Below the pieces are notes generated by a model. It saw only the letters and a program-made list of their open reading frames with translations, was not told the origin of the DNA and did no database searches. Positions 20,096 to 30,418 of a DNA stretch of 35,512 nucleotides are shown in pieces. The stretch spans positions 1 through 35,512 of the forward strand of contig JAYWDX010000049.1 in NCBI GenBank assembly GCA_043779675.1. Direction: 5' to 3'. The position numbers and the translations under genes were made by a program. The stretch's first letter is position 1. The number at the start of each line of letters is the position of its first letter. This DNA is from Candidatus Tenderia sp. (GTDB lineage Bacteria; Pseudomonadota; Gammaproteobacteria; Tenderiales; Tenderiaceae).

Positions 20096-20817
20096 GTGTG
20101 TCGCACCGCCAACATCAATCGCTTCATTTCGCTCACTGCCGGTTGCAAGCCGGTGAACAGGGCGCGGGCAATGATGGCGTGGCCAATGTTGAGCTCACGC
20201 AGTTGGGGAATTGCGGCGATGGCGGTCACATTCTGATAGTTCAATCCGTGGCCGGCGTTAACACAAAGTCCTGCCGCTGTGGCGTGTTCGACGGCGGCAA
20301 CGATGCGCTGATACTCTTTTTGTTTTGCATTACGCTCTTCGAGGTCGGCAAAGTGGCCGGTGTGGATCTCGATCACTGGCGCGCCTACTTCAATCGCGGC
20401 GTCAATCTGAGCCAGGTCGGGGCCGATAAAAAGGGATACCCGCACCCCCGCCTCGGCCAGTTGCTGGCAGGCATCACGAATACGTGATTTTTGCCCCAGT
20501 ACATCCAGACCACCCTCGGTGGTCAACTCCTCACGCCGCTCTGGCACCAGGCAGCAATCTTCGGGTTTAATATTTGTGGCGATGCGCAGCATCTCATCGG
20601 TGACCGCCATCTCCAGATTCATGCGTGTCAGCAAGACCCCCTTGATCATCTCAACGTCACGCTCATTGATATGACGACGATCCTCACGCAGATGCAGGGT
20701 GATCAGGTCTGCGCCCGCCTGTTCCGACTCGATTGCTGCCTGAATCGGATCGGGATAACGGGTTCCACGCGCCTGACGCAGGGTTGCCACATGATCGATA
20801 TTCACACCCAGATACAT
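20092..20817 (-). CDS. pdxJ: Pyridoxine 5'-phosphate synthase
   Basis: [41 protein letters not shown]. Confidence 0.99.
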   Translation of the reverse strand: MYLGVNIDHVATLRQARGTRYPDPIQAAIESEQAGADLITLHLREDRRHINERDVEMIKGVLLTRMNLEMAVTDEMLRIATNIKPEDCCLVPERREELTTEGGLDVLGQKSRIRDACQQLAEAGVRVSLFIGPDLAQIDAAIEVGAPVIEIHTGHFADLEERNAKQKEYQRIVAAVEHATAAGLCVNAGHGLNYQNVTAIAAIPQLRELNIGHAIIARALFTGLQPAVSEMKRLMLAVRHT

Positions 20818-20821
20818 CGTT

Positions 20822-21598
20822 TTACTCCAATAGATTATTTAGGTTGCTCTGCGCCAATGCAGCAGCCCCGGTTGTACGTTGCAAATCCATCATTAACTGG
20901 CGACTATGCAGCGGTCGGCCGCCGAGCTGCTGATCTAGCGCGGCACGCAGCAGCCGTTTGGCATCACGCAGCACATCGACATCCACCAGGTTGCCCGCAG
21001 CCAGGGCCAACAGTGATCGTCCTCTAATCACCAGCAGATCGTGTGTCACCGCTACCGGCCCTGCACCCAGTCGATAACTGTAGTTGGCGTCCGCCTCAAT
21101 GATCGCCCCGGTCACCACATCGTGTCCCAATACCAGGGCGTAACCAAGCTCCTCCAACAGCTGTTTCTCAAACAGACGCAGCCGCTGCTGCAACGACTGC
21201 TGCCCGCCACTGCCCTCACCTAGCAGGCTCAGCTGCAGCAGCAGGGCTTGATAATACTCAAACAACTCTGGATGAGGGTCGTGGCGATGCAACAGTCGCG
21301 TCAACAGTTCATTGATATAAAAGCCACTCAGCAGCAGCGCGCCTTTGAGTGGCTGGGCCGCGCCGCTCATCTCGGCGTCCACCAGCGTGCCCAGCTCACC
21401 ACGCCCAGACCAGGAGAGCAGCAGCGGCACAAACGGTTGCAACAGCGACTGCCAGCGCCCCTTGGCCTTGCGCACACCTCGAGCGACCAGACCCACCCGA
21501 CCGTAGTTAGGGCTAAACACCTCCAGCAACAGGCCACTATCCTGATAGGGGCGCTGATGCAGGACGTAGGCCGATTCGAGGGAGACGCGCTGGGACAT
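20822..21598 (-). CDS. recO: DNA repair protein RecO
   Basis: [43 protein letters not shown]; upstream of pdxJ. Confidence 0.97.
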   Translation of the reverse strand: MSQRVSLESAYVLHQRPYQDSGLLLEVFSPNYGRVGLVARGVRKAKGRWQSLLQPFVPLLLSWSGRGELGTLVDAEMSGAAQPLKGALLLSGFYINELLTRLLHRHDPHPELFEYYQALLLQLSLLGEGSGGQQSLQQRLRLFEKQLLEELGYALVLGHDVVTGAIIEADANYSYRLGAGPVAVTHDLLVIRGRSLLALAAGNLVDVDVLRDAKRLLRAALDQQLGGRPLHSRQLMMDLQRTTGAAALAQSNLNNLLE

Positions 21599-21680
21599 AT
21601 GGCTGTTGTAGAAAGATCGATCCGTTAGCGTAGATGTGCCGCCATTCTACCGTATACACCCGTTAAATCCGATCGGCACA

Positions 21681-24647
21681 TCAGCGACTGACCTGATATT
21701 GCCGCAGACCACTGCCCATCGTCAGCTCCCGACTGCTCATGGCGGGAAGATTGTCATATCCAGCATCGTGCACGACGGTGATGGTGATTTTACGGCCAAC
21801 GTTCCAGAGGATCTGTTTATCGTAACGATGCGGCGTGTAGCTGGTAAACGGTAACGAGCTGGCAACATCAACATCATTATCGACGGTTAGCACAGGGGTG
21901 TGCAGCCTCTTGGTGACAGTGATGGCGTGATTGGCAGGGATGAGGTACCAACCCGAGACAGGGGAGATGGGCTGGCCGGTGTCGTTGTCCTGCACTATGA
22001 ACTGCACACCAAAAAAGCCCTTTTGTTCGCTGCTGCTGGTGATGAAGTTGGCTGGTGTCTGTACTCCATCTATTGCCAGTGATTCGTATTGATGGAGCTT
22101 GCGCTGCTGCATGGTTGGGCCAAGGTCGGGACAGGCGCCAAGAGCATGGTCTGCGCTTGACCACTCTGTCAGGTAGAAGGGATTGTATGGTTTATCAGGG
22201 TTACTCCCCTCAAAAAGATAGTCAAATTTAAAGCTGTAAACATCTATCGTTACGCTGGCAAATTGATTGTCAAAATGACCCATATCGCTCCAGGCACCGT
22301 TGTCGGCGGGCAGTGCCGGAGTATCGCTGTTAACCAGTGCTGCTGAACCGCTGACAACTGCCGGAAGCTGTTGTATCTGCCAGCCGCTATCGGTGTAGTT
22401 CTGGATTTCGGTGATCGCTATTTTATTTACACCAAGTTCAGGGCAGAAATTTGTAACGGTGCTGGAAACAGCCCGCGCCTGCCACTCGGTGGTCGTATTC
22501 AAGCGCACGCTATGTTTACGCACCAGCGTTTCAACATCGCGCGTAGCGCTGTGGGCATCGTCATCACTGAGGCGCAGGTAAAATGCCTTGCCGGTATTGT
22601 TAGTAAAGCTGTAACGGTTGGCGGCAAAATCCTGGTCATGCAGCTCGGCGCGGTTATTAAAATCAACACTGCCAAAAAAGCCCTCGCCTAAATCCTCCAC
22701 CGGCTGCAATGTGAATGACGAGACAACAAAGCTGGTTTTAAAGCTGAACAGTTTTTCACTGCTGTTGCCCGCCTCATCGGTGATGCGCACGCGCAGGACG
22801 TGGCTATCCGCTGGTGTTGAGTTTAACCATGCCAGCGCCAGTTTTTCCGTGGCCAGTGGCGCCAGATACTCGGCCCCGGCGGCGCTGACATTGTTCCAGT
22901 CGCCCAACACTACGCCATTTTTTTCATAACGCGACTGAACCTTCACCTTGTTGCCAGAGCCAACACCATCCAGCAAAGGATCGCTGCCGCTGAAGGCGAA
23001 ATAAGGGATGGTATTGCTATCGAGCGCAGCGCGGTTGATGGCCACGCCCGCCAGATCGGCGTGGGCGGTTTCAATGCGCAACGGCGTGGCGTTGTCATTT
23101 TGCAACGGCGCGCTGGTGATGCTGCCAGCCTGATCGAACTGCGCCAGACTGTGGCCGCTGCCCGCGCCAAACTGCGGTGCGCTCTGATCCAGGGCAACCG
23201 TCATAGTGGTGTCGTGTTGATTTCCGGCAACGTCAATGATGGTGACGGGGATGCTGTTATTGCCGATGCCCAACTGCAACGGTGCCTGCCACTGCCCCTG
23301 AGTGAATTGCGCCTGTCTGCCCTGCACCAGCACGCGCCAGACACCGGCACCGTTGTCACCCACGGCAAAGGTGGCGAGGTAGTTCTGCTGATTGGTGAGC
23401 GGCACCGAACTGAGGTTGATGAACGGGTTGGTATTGTCGAAATTGAGGATGAAACTGCGGCTGACCTCATCGCCAAGATGATTTTTTGCCTTGACCAGCA
23501 GCTGATGCGGGCCATCGCTGTAGGTGGTGGTGTCGATATGAATTGAGGGGGCGGCGGGGGCACTGGCATCACCGATCCAGAGACCATCGAGTTCAAAACG
23601 GACGCTGGCGACGCTGCTGGGGCGGTCAAGCAACAGCGCAAAATCAAAGCTGCCGTTATGATAAAAATTCTCTGGTTCCACTGAGTAAATATTAAAACTA
23701 CCAACACTGGTATTGGCAGGCGCAGGCATCAGCGCTTCGATCCTGGCCGCCATACTCTGCGCCACGGGCAGCAAATCACTGACAGAGGCGGTGGTGCGGT
23801 TAAGCGGATTGGCAGCCATGGTGAGCAGGTGCTGCGCCCACTCCACACGATAGAGATCCGCATTCAGCGGCACGGAACCAAAGGCGAGATCCATCAGGGC
23901 ATCGCCATTTTTATTCAGACCACGGCCATCAAGCCGACCATCGACCTGAAGATCGGCAAACATCAGCTGGCTCAGGGCAATGGTACTGAAGGTGCCTTGT
24001 ATTGTGGCGCCATTTTGACCGCTGGCCCAGTTGGACCAGCTGGAGAGCGCGGCGAGCTGAAAGCCGTAGAGCTGCTCGCTGTTCAGCGTCACCCCCTGAC
24101 CGGATTCGCTGATACTGCGTGGAAAGACCGCAACCACATCGATACCAAAGAGTTGCGATATTTCGTTATTGGCGGCTGTGACTGCCGCCTGCACCGCCAC
24201 CCCTTGGCTGATCTTGTACTGCGCCAGCGCGGTGGCCAGATGAGTCAGTGGTGTAACCATGATGGTAAGTGGCTGACCGGAGCGGTAGTGGGTGACGGCC
24301 GTGAGCCGCTGCTCACCACTGAGGTCAATGCGCTCACCACTCAGCAATTCGTTGTAGTAACCACCGCTGACCTCGATCAGCACGGGACGATCCTTGGAGC
24401 GTAGCTCAACTGAGTAACCGCCCGTAGTATCAGTGATTGCGCTGGTAAGCAGCTCACCCTTCACGCCACCATCAAAGGCGAAGATGCGGACATCGGCCGT
24501 GGCAATCGCCTCATCGACAACAAAACCGCTGACGGTGCCGGTGGGACGTTGTGGCGGAATATCAACTCCACCGTTACATGAAAGCAACACCAGCGTTGCC
24601 ATCATCAATACAGCTATTGTTACGCCTTTATGCAACATGGTCACCAT
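21681..24647 (-). CDS. Large lipoprotein (~985 aa) with probable Ig-like beta-sandwich domains; putative adhesin/surface protein
   Basis: Lipobox LVLLS-C; Ig-like patterns (SVRFELDG...IDTTTYSDGPHQLLVKA; VTIIDVAGN; VRITDEAGN). Start may be 24638. Confidence 0.7.
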   Translation of the reverse strand: MVTMLHKGVTIAVLMMATLVLLSCNGGVDIPPQRPTGTVSGFVVDEAIATADVRIFAFDGGVKGELLTSAITDTTGGYSVELRSKDRPVLIEVSGGYYNELLSGERIDLSGEQRLTAVTHYRSGQPLTIMVTPLTHLATALAQYKISQGVAVQAAVTAANNEISQLFGIDVVAVFPRSISESGQGVTLNSEQLYGFQLAALSSWSNWASGQNGATIQGTFSTIALSQLMFADLQVDGRLDGRGLNKNGDALMDLAFGSVPLNADLYRVEWAQHLLTMAANPLNRTTASVSDLLPVAQSMAARIEALMPAPANTSVGSFNIYSVEPENFYHNGSFDFALLLDRPSSVASVRFELDGLWIGDASAPAAPSIHIDTTTYSDGPHQLLVKAKNHLGDEVSRSFILNFDNTNPFINLSSVPLTNQQNYLATFAVGDNGAGVWRVLVQGRQAQFTQGQWQAPLQLGIGNNSIPVTIIDVAGNQHDTTMTVALDQSAPQFGAGSGHSLAQFDQAGSITSAPLQNDNATPLRIETAHADLAGVAINRAALDSNTIPYFAFSGSDPLLDGVGSGNKVKVQSRYEKNGVVLGDWNNVSAAGAEYLAPLATEKLALAWLNSTPADSHVLRVRITDEAGNSSEKLFSFKTSFVVSSFTLQPVEDLGEGFFGSVDFNNRAELHDQDFAANRYSFTNNTGKAFYLRLSDDDAHSATRDVETLVRKHSVRLNTTTEWQARAVSSTVTNFCPELGVNKIAITEIQNYTDSGWQIQQLPAVVSGSAALVNSDTPALPADNGAWSDMGHFDNQFASVTIDVYSFKFDYLFEGSNPDKPYNPFYLTEWSSADHALGACPDLGPTMQQRKLHQYESLAIDGVQTPANFITSSSEQKGFFGVQFIVQDNDTGQPISPVSGWYLIPANHAITVTKRLHTPVLTVDNDVDVASSLPFTSYTPHRYDKQILWNVGRKITITVVHDAGYDNLPAMSSRELTMGSGLRQYQVSR

Positions 24648-24648
24648 C

Positions 24649-25251
24649 CTAATGACGATAGAGCAGCACTGCTGACATCACAAACTCACTGACACCCTCT
24701 GCCAGTGGCACCACCTGCTCCAGCTTAGCCGCCACATCCCAGTTGCGATTGAGACGCCGCTCCACCACCAGGTTCAACAACAGCGCGGCATGAAAATCGT
24801 TACGGTCAGGATAGCTGCCTACAAGGTAACCATCACTATCGATGGTGTGGCGCTTATGAAATTGATTATGCGAGAGCTGCACACCTACGCCAAACCAGGG
24901 TGTGACGACAGACGACAGCGCCAAGCTTTTTTGCAACGAGAGGCGCGCACCAAGCTGGCGGACCTGCTGACCGACCTGCCCCACCCCCGCGTCCAGCGCA
25001 GTCTCCTGATAGAAGGCCTCACCCCAGTAACGGCTGTTGTAAAGCCAGCGATCGGTGTAGACCAGACTCAACGGACGCAACGCCCACTCATTACGAGTGG
25101 CGTCGTCGGGGTCATCCACCGTGACATGCGCCACGCCGAGTGAATAGCCCCAGCGTCCACCCTCCTCAGGCATACCGATGGCAACCGCGTAGGCATTGCC
25201 CGCCGTTAGCACGGTGGCCATGGTAAAAAAAAGAAGAATCATTTTCGGCAT
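24649..25251 (-). CDS. Small outer-membrane beta-barrel protein (putative)
   Basis: Signal peptide ending AYA; alternating amphipathic strands (TPWFGVGVQLS, WDVAAKLEQ, SAVLLYRH); about 180 aa mature. Confidence 0.6.
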   Translation of the reverse strand: MPKMILLFFTMATVLTAGNAYAVAIGMPEEGGRWGYSLGVAHVTVDDPDDATRNEWALRPLSLVYTDRWLYNSRYWGEAFYQETALDAGVGQVGQQVRQLGARLSLQKSLALSSVVTPWFGVGVQLSHNQFHKRHTIDSDGYLVGSYPDRNDFHAALLLNLVVERRLNRNWDVAAKLEQVVPLAEGVSEFVMSAVLLYRH

Positions 25252-25326
25252 TTATTGAAAACTCCATTTTTCAACTGCCACCACACCCATTCATGCTACA
25301 ACCGATGCATGAGCCAGCGATAACAA

Positions 25327-27591
25327 TTAACGACTTACCGCGTGGGTAAGTTTGCGAATCACCAACTGTTTATCCACTTTACTGACATCCATGTTGAGTT
25401 TGCCCTTGATGGTAGTGGGATCGTCGTCACCCCGGCGCCAAACCGTCACCTCAAAGTCGCCACTGCCATGCATCATCGCCCCATCAGGCCGCCAGTTGAG
25501 GGTGCCGATGCTCATACGCCGCATATCGGTGGACTGGAACAGTTCACGGTAATCACGTGCGATTCTGCTACGACCAACACTGTCATCGGCCATAGCATTA
25601 TTGGCGAACAGACCAGTCAGGCCATCAAGATCGCCGCCCTCATAAGCAAAAACAAACTTGTAAAGCAATTGTGTCAAATCAACGTCAGAGATAGCTAGTT
25701 TTGGTGCCGCAACATCTGCCACACCAGCATTAATCTGGCTCTTAACAGGCGCGGCGGTGACGTCTGGAACGCGTACAGGTGACGACGGTGATGGATCAAC
25801 AATGACAGGAACCGGCGCTGGTTTTATGACCGGTTGCGGCTCTGGAGCCGGCGCCGTTTTAGCAGGGAGAATGGGCATCGGTTTCACCTCCGCAACAATC
25901 TGCGGGGCACTGGCTGCCGAGGGTGTAGCCACCTTCGCCACGACGACCGGTTTCACTAGCTGCGCCTTCGCAGGGGGCACAGGTGCGGGGAGGGTTTCTG
26001 GCTTAGAAACAGGGGTTTTCACCGCGACGCCGGATGCGGGAGCGGCCTCTTGCTGCGGTACAGCTGTTGCTGCGGCTGCGTGGATATCTACCACAGCCTC
26101 AGTCCCATCGCCCTGCGACTCCGTTGTTGCCAACATCTCCTCAGTGGCAATGTCGGAAAACTCGCCATCCCCAGTGCTCTCAGACATCAGCGGCTCAGGT
26201 TGCAGCGCTGCGCCCTGACTCTGAGGCTCAGGCTGGAACGACTCAACCTGACTCACCTGCTTGTCATCGCCAGTAAAGATTATGAACGGCAGCACCACAA
26301 TCACTGCCAACGTCGCCACAACGATAAACACCCGCCGAACCCGCGCCCCTCTGACATCAGGATTTCTATAGGCCAACTCAGATGACTGGCCCTCCTCACC
26401 TAATGGGGAACGAGTACGTACCAACGGAATGGGAATCACATTGGCTAGAGCGACTTCTGCTGCAACCGACTCGCTCTGCACTGGCACCACCTTGTCATCA
26501 TCGTCCATAAAGGGCGGCTGTGCCGATGGCTCTTCGCTTATCTCTGCGACGCTGCTAGGTGGCAACTCAGCAACCGCTTCAACAGGCAGCGCAACCAATG
26601 GCTCTTGTTCGACTAGTTGCGGCTCGTTCTCAACCGCTGGCAGCGGCTCTTCAGGGAGTTCGGCGTGCGCCTCTGTCACAACGGGCGTTTTGGCCTCGAC
26701 AGGAACAAATTCACCATCGGGTAACGGTGGCAAGGCAACCGGGACTACTGTACTGAGGTCATAACCCCAACACGAACCCATCGCCTCTGCCTGCAACTCC
26801 TTCAATACCAACCCTACATGAGCGGTATCAATAAGCTGCTTTTCATCCAGATAAGCAGCCAGCAACAAACGATCACAATAGGTATTAATAATGCGTGGAA
26901 TGCCCTGAGTGATGTGGTGGATCAGACCCAGAGCCTCACCAGTGAAGGCAAGTTTTCCGCGCCAGCCAACACGAGACAGGCGATATTCTATGTAACCACG
27001 GGTCTCAACAGGACTCAGCGGTTTAAGGTGGCACGAGGCGATCACCCGCTGAGAGAGCTGCTCCATATCGGGATCGGCAAGCAGCGTCTGAAACTGCTGT
27101 TGTCCCAGCAGCATAATCTGTATCAACGGCTGTTCAGCACGCTGAAAATTAGAGAGCATGCGCAACTCTTCCAGAGAACGTAGCGGCAGATTCTGTGCCT
27201 CATCGACGATCAGCAATACCCGCTGGCCATTACTGTTTGTATCGATCAGAAATTTTTCCAACGCATTCAGTAGCGCCGCTTTGGTAGTGTCGCCGCAATA
27301 GATACCAAGGCTACTGGCGACCGTGCGCAACACATCGTCAGCCTCAAGATTGGTATTCTTGATGCTCGAAACGATTATGCGCTGACCAGCAAGCTCAGCA
27401 AGCATAGTCTGAATCAGCAGGCTTTTGCCGGTGCCGGGTACGCCGGTGACCACCACAAATCCCTGCCCCTGATGCAGACCATAACGCAGATAAGCCAGGC
27501 CACGCTTGTGGCAGGCGCTTTCATAAAAAAACTGTGGGTCAGGGGCCAGCCGAAACGGGTTTGCGTTCAGACCGTAATATGTTTCATACAT
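25327..27591 (-). CDS. ExeA/GspA-like AAA ATPase with transmembrane helix, Pro/Ala-rich linker and C-terminal NTF2-like domain (putative)
   Basis: MYETYYGL..NPF...PDPQFFY start, Walker A GVPGTGKS, Walker B LIVDEAQNL, EELRMLSN, GIPRIIN; TM segment VFIVVATLAVIVVLPFIIF; C-terminal FVFAYEGGDLDGLTGLF pattern. Confidence 0.85.
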   Translation of the reverse strand: MYETYYGLNANPFRLAPDPQFFYESACHKRGLAYLRYGLHQGQGFVVVTGVPGTGKSLLIQTMLAELAGQRIIVSSIKNTNLEADDVLRTVASSLGIYCGDTTKAALLNALEKFLIDTNSNGQRVLLIVDEAQNLPLRSLEELRMLSNFQRAEQPLIQIMLLGQQQFQTLLADPDMEQLSQRVIASCHLKPLSPVETRGYIEYRLSRVGWRGKLAFTGEALGLIHHITQGIPRIINTYCDRLLLAAYLDEKQLIDTAHVGLVLKELQAEAMGSCWGYDLSTVVPVALPPLPDGEFVPVEAKTPVVTEAHAELPEEPLPAVENEPQLVEQEPLVALPVEAVAELPPSSVAEISEEPSAQPPFMDDDDKVVPVQSESVAAEVALANVIPIPLVRTRSPLGEEGQSSELAYRNPDVRGARVRRVFIVVATLAVIVVLPFIIFTGDDKQVSQVESFQPEPQSQGAALQPEPLMSESTGDGEFSDIATEEMLATTESQGDGTEAVVDIHAAAATAVPQQEAAPASGVAVKTPVSKPETLPAPVPPAKAQLVKPVVVAKVATPSAASAPQIVAEVKPMPILPAKTAPAPEPQPVIKPAPVPVIVDPSPSSPVRVPDVTAAPVKSQINAGVADVAAPKLAISDVDLTQLLYKFVFAYEGGDLDGLTGLFANNAMADDSVGRSRIARDYRELFQSTDMRRMSIGTLNWRPDGAMMHGSGDFEVTVWRRGDDDPTTIKGKLNMDVSKVDKQLVIRKLTHAVSR

Positions 27592-27885
27592 AGGGCAACG
27601 CCTGATTTGTTGGGACAACCATTCCACACACCTGCATTTTTACTACAAAAAATTCGGCTCATTATAACATCAAGACACCCCATGCCAGGCCATTAATAAA
27701 TATTAAAAAACAATGAGATACATCATCAAACCTGGAATTATGGATAAAATAACACAATGGCGCGATGCTATTCATGCACCTTCTCTTGACCGCCTCAACC
27801 AGCATCGGCACAACAGCGCGGATCAGGGCCAGACTCTCACTATTAGTTGGTATGATGCACAACCGCCTGTCGTAATTGGTCCAAC

Positions 27886-28341
27886 ATGCCAAAATCAAAA
27901 CTACCCTTCTGGAAAACCAAAACTCTCGCCGAACTCAGCACTGCGGAGTGGGAGTCACTCTGCGACGGCTGCGGCCGCTGCTGCCTCTTCAAACTCGAAG
28001 ATGAAGAGACGGGTGAGCTATATTTTACCGATGTCGCCTGCCACCTGCTTGACACCCATAGCTGCCGCTGCAGCAACTACCCCCAACGCCAGAAAAAAGT
28101 GAGCGACTGCCTCCAGCTCAGCCTTGATCACCCCGAATATTTCGCCATGCTGCCGGAGAGCTGCGGCTATCGCCGCCTTTATGAAGGGCGCGAACTGGCT
28201 GCCTGGCACCCGCTGATCTCGGGTAGTCGGGAGACAGTCCACAGCGCCGGAATCTCGGTGCGGGGCAACTGCGTCACCGAAGGCACGATCCACCCTGACG
28301 ATCTGGAAAACCGTATAATCGAGTTCTTTGATGCCAGTTAA
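27886..28341 (+). CDS. ycgN: YcgN family cysteine-cluster protein (UPF0260)
   Basis: PFW..K.L..L...EWESLCDGCGRCC, C.LLD...C.CSNY, LPESCGYR, WHPLISG. Confidence 0.92.
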   Translation: MPKSKLPFWKTKTLAELSTAEWESLCDGCGRCCLFKLEDEETGELYFTDVACHLLDTHSCRCSNYPQRQKKVSDCLQLSLDHPEYFAMLPESCGYRRLYEGRELAAWHPLISGSRETVHSAGISVRGNCVTEGTIHPDDLENRIIEFFDAS

Positions 28342-28354
28342 GAACCATAACCTC

Positions 28355-28933
28355 ATGAATAAGATTACCATTACTGCCGCCATATTGCTGCTTGCAACCA
28401 CTGCAACAGCACAGGCAAGCTCCACCGGCCTGATTCTCAACGACGACAGTGTGCTGGTTCATCACATCAGCAAATCCACCACGCGGTTCGGAATAGAGAC
28501 CCAGCTAAACTACAACCTCATGTACTCCCAGGAGCCGGCCCCACGCAATTTTCTGGTAAGCGCCGAAATCGGGTTTCCGCAAAAGGCATGGCGATTCTGG
28601 GAGAACCACAGCCTCACCCCGCGGGTTGATCTGATGGTGGTCGAGTTTATGGATTTTTACATTAGCGCCGCCGCTGGCGGTGTCAGTTACCGCCTTACCG
28701 CGACTGAATCGCACCGCTTCGACATCCTCACCGAGGCGACCCTGGCACCGCAGCTAACCACCTTCGGCAAGGGCAAGTTTCTCTGGACCTTCAAGACCCA
28801 GCTTAACTACCCCATTGCCGAAAACGCTGAACTCAATGTTGGCTACCGCAGCATCACCGCAAAGCTGCTGAACAACTATGCGGATGGCTTTGAACGCGGT
28901 CTCTATTTTGGCCTCACCACCTACTTTAAATAG
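28355..28933 (+). CDS. YfaZ-like outer-membrane beta-barrel protein
   Basis: Signal peptide ending AQA; LILNDDS start, LNVGYR and GLYFGL.. end motifs. Confidence 0.55.
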   Translation: MNKITITAAILLLATTATAQASSTGLILNDDSVLVHHISKSTTRFGIETQLNYNLMYSQEPAPRNFLVSAEIGFPQKAWRFWENHSLTPRVDLMVVEFMDFYISAAAGGVSYRLTATESHRFDILTEATLAPQLTTFGKGKFLWTFKTQLNYPIAENAELNVGYRSITAKLLNNYADGFERGLYFGLTTYFK

Positions 28934-28939
28934 GCAGCC

Positions 28940-29752
28940 ATGAACAATCTTCCTGATATTGCCCAACTGCAACAAATTGTCACCCGCGCCGCCCGCGAGG
29001 AGCTGGTGCCACGGTTTACCCAGGTAATCCGCCATGACAAGGCCGACGGCAGCTTCATCACCGAGGCCGATCTGGCGATGCAGCAGCGCATTCAAACCGC
29101 CCTGCAACAACAATGGCCTGACTATGCCTTTTTAGGGGAGGAGATGGCCGAGACGGAACAGCTGGCGCTGCTGCAAAACAGCTCGCGGCCACTCTGGTGT
29201 CTCGATCCACTCGATGGCACCAGCAACTTTGCCGCCCACATCCCTTTTTTCTCCGTCTCGCTAGCGCTGATAGCCGAGGGCGAGGTGGTGCTGGGGATTA
29301 TCTACGACCCGATGCGCGACGAATGTTTTAGCGCCGTCAAGGGCCAGGGCGCTAGCCTCAACGGCCAGCCGCTCGGTCAAGTGCAATCACACTCATCCCT
29401 GGCCAAGGCCACCGCGTTGGTCGACCTCAAACGTTTGCCCAGCGCGCTGCAAACACGCCTGATCCAGCAGGCGCCTTATAGTTCACAGCGCAGTTTTGGC
29501 TCGGTGGCACTCGACTGGTGCTGGATCGCCGCCGGGCGCTGCCATGTCTATCTACATGGCAAACAGCGCCTCTGGGACTACGCCGCTGGACAGCTGATTC
29601 TGAGTGAAAGTGGCGGCCAGAGCTGCACCTTGGCAGGAGAACCGGTCTTTCAAGCCAGCCTCGCCGGGCGCTCCGCCGTTGCTGCCCTTGATGGCCAACT
29701 GTTTCGCGAATGGACAAACTGGCTGGGCATCAAAGTCCTTGATCTGGAATAA
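28940..29752 (+). CDS. Inositol monophosphatase family protein
   Basis: TEAD, LGEE, WCLDPLDGTSNF, RSFGS, LWDYAAG motifs. Confidence 0.93.
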   Translation: MNNLPDIAQLQQIVTRAAREELVPRFTQVIRHDKADGSFITEADLAMQQRIQTALQQQWPDYAFLGEEMAETEQLALLQNSSRPLWCLDPLDGTSNFAAHIPFFSVSLALIAEGEVVLGIIYDPMRDECFSAVKGQGASLNGQPLGQVQSHSSLAKATALVDLKRLPSALQTRLIQQAPYSSQRSFGSVALDWCWIAAGRCHVYLHGKQRLWDYAAGQLILSESGGQSCTLAGEPVFQASLAGRSAVAALDGQLFREWTNWLGIKVLDLE

Positions 29753-29782
29753 TAGCGCCTCGCCAAAGGAAGACAGTAACCC

Positions 29783-30418
29783 ATGAAACAACCCAATAAA
29801 CGTAACCTCCGCAAAATTCTGCTACGCCGTTTTGAGCAGCAGTTCGATCTTGATCGTCTCGACTACAGCCGCCGCAGCAAACCGGCCAAAGGCGCGGCCA
29901 AGGCGACAGGTGCACTATTTGCCGGGGTGGCCTACCTGATCGGTTTTGGTCTGGCCTACTACAGCTGGAGCCAGGGCAAGATCGACACCATCCTGCTCAA
30001 CAAACTCTCTTTCGTTTTTATGATCCCCGCCTCGGTGGTCGGCATGTTTGCCTTGCTGCTCAGTGGCAGCCGCCGCGAATTCCCGATCCGCGAGGATATC
30101 CGCGCCCATATCAGCGCCGTGGAAGGTGACAATGGTGCCCTCTGGCGTTACGAACCGCTGCTAAAACAGATGGCTCTGAAAAAGATCGACATCGAAGGGC
30201 TGATCGAGGCCTCGCACGAAGGGCGGCTGATCAAGATGGCCCCTGAAGATATCTGCGCCACAATACACGCCCTTTACCAGAGCCTCAGTAACAACAGCGT
30301 CCAGACCAGCGGCGACACCTTGGAGGCCATTGAAAACAATTTCACGAACCCCGGCGGAAGCGGTGTAGAGTCCCTTGACACGGCAGAGACTCGGCCTTTA
30401 GAGTGCGCCACCCCTTAA
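29783..30418 (+). CDS. Hypothetical membrane protein (two TM helices)
   Basis: AAGGA RBS; two hydrophobic segments; codon usage like its neighbours; no recognised motif. Confidence 0.75.
   Translation: MKQPNKRNLRKILLRRFEQQFDLDRLDYSRRSKPAKGAAKATGALFAGVAYLIGFGLAYYSWSQGKIDTILLNKLSFVFMIPASVVGMFALLLSGSRREFPIREDIRAHISAVEGDNGALWRYEPLLKQMALKKIDIEGLIEASHEGRLIKMAPEDICATIHALYQSLSNNSVQTSGDTLEAIENNFTNPGGSGVESLDTAETRPLECATP
30375..30404 (+). promoter_or_regulatory. Putative sigma70 promoter for the riboswitch-btuB transcript
   Basis: TTGACA-N18-TAGAGT immediately upstream of the riboswitch, inside the 3' end of the upstream ORF. Confidence 0.6.
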
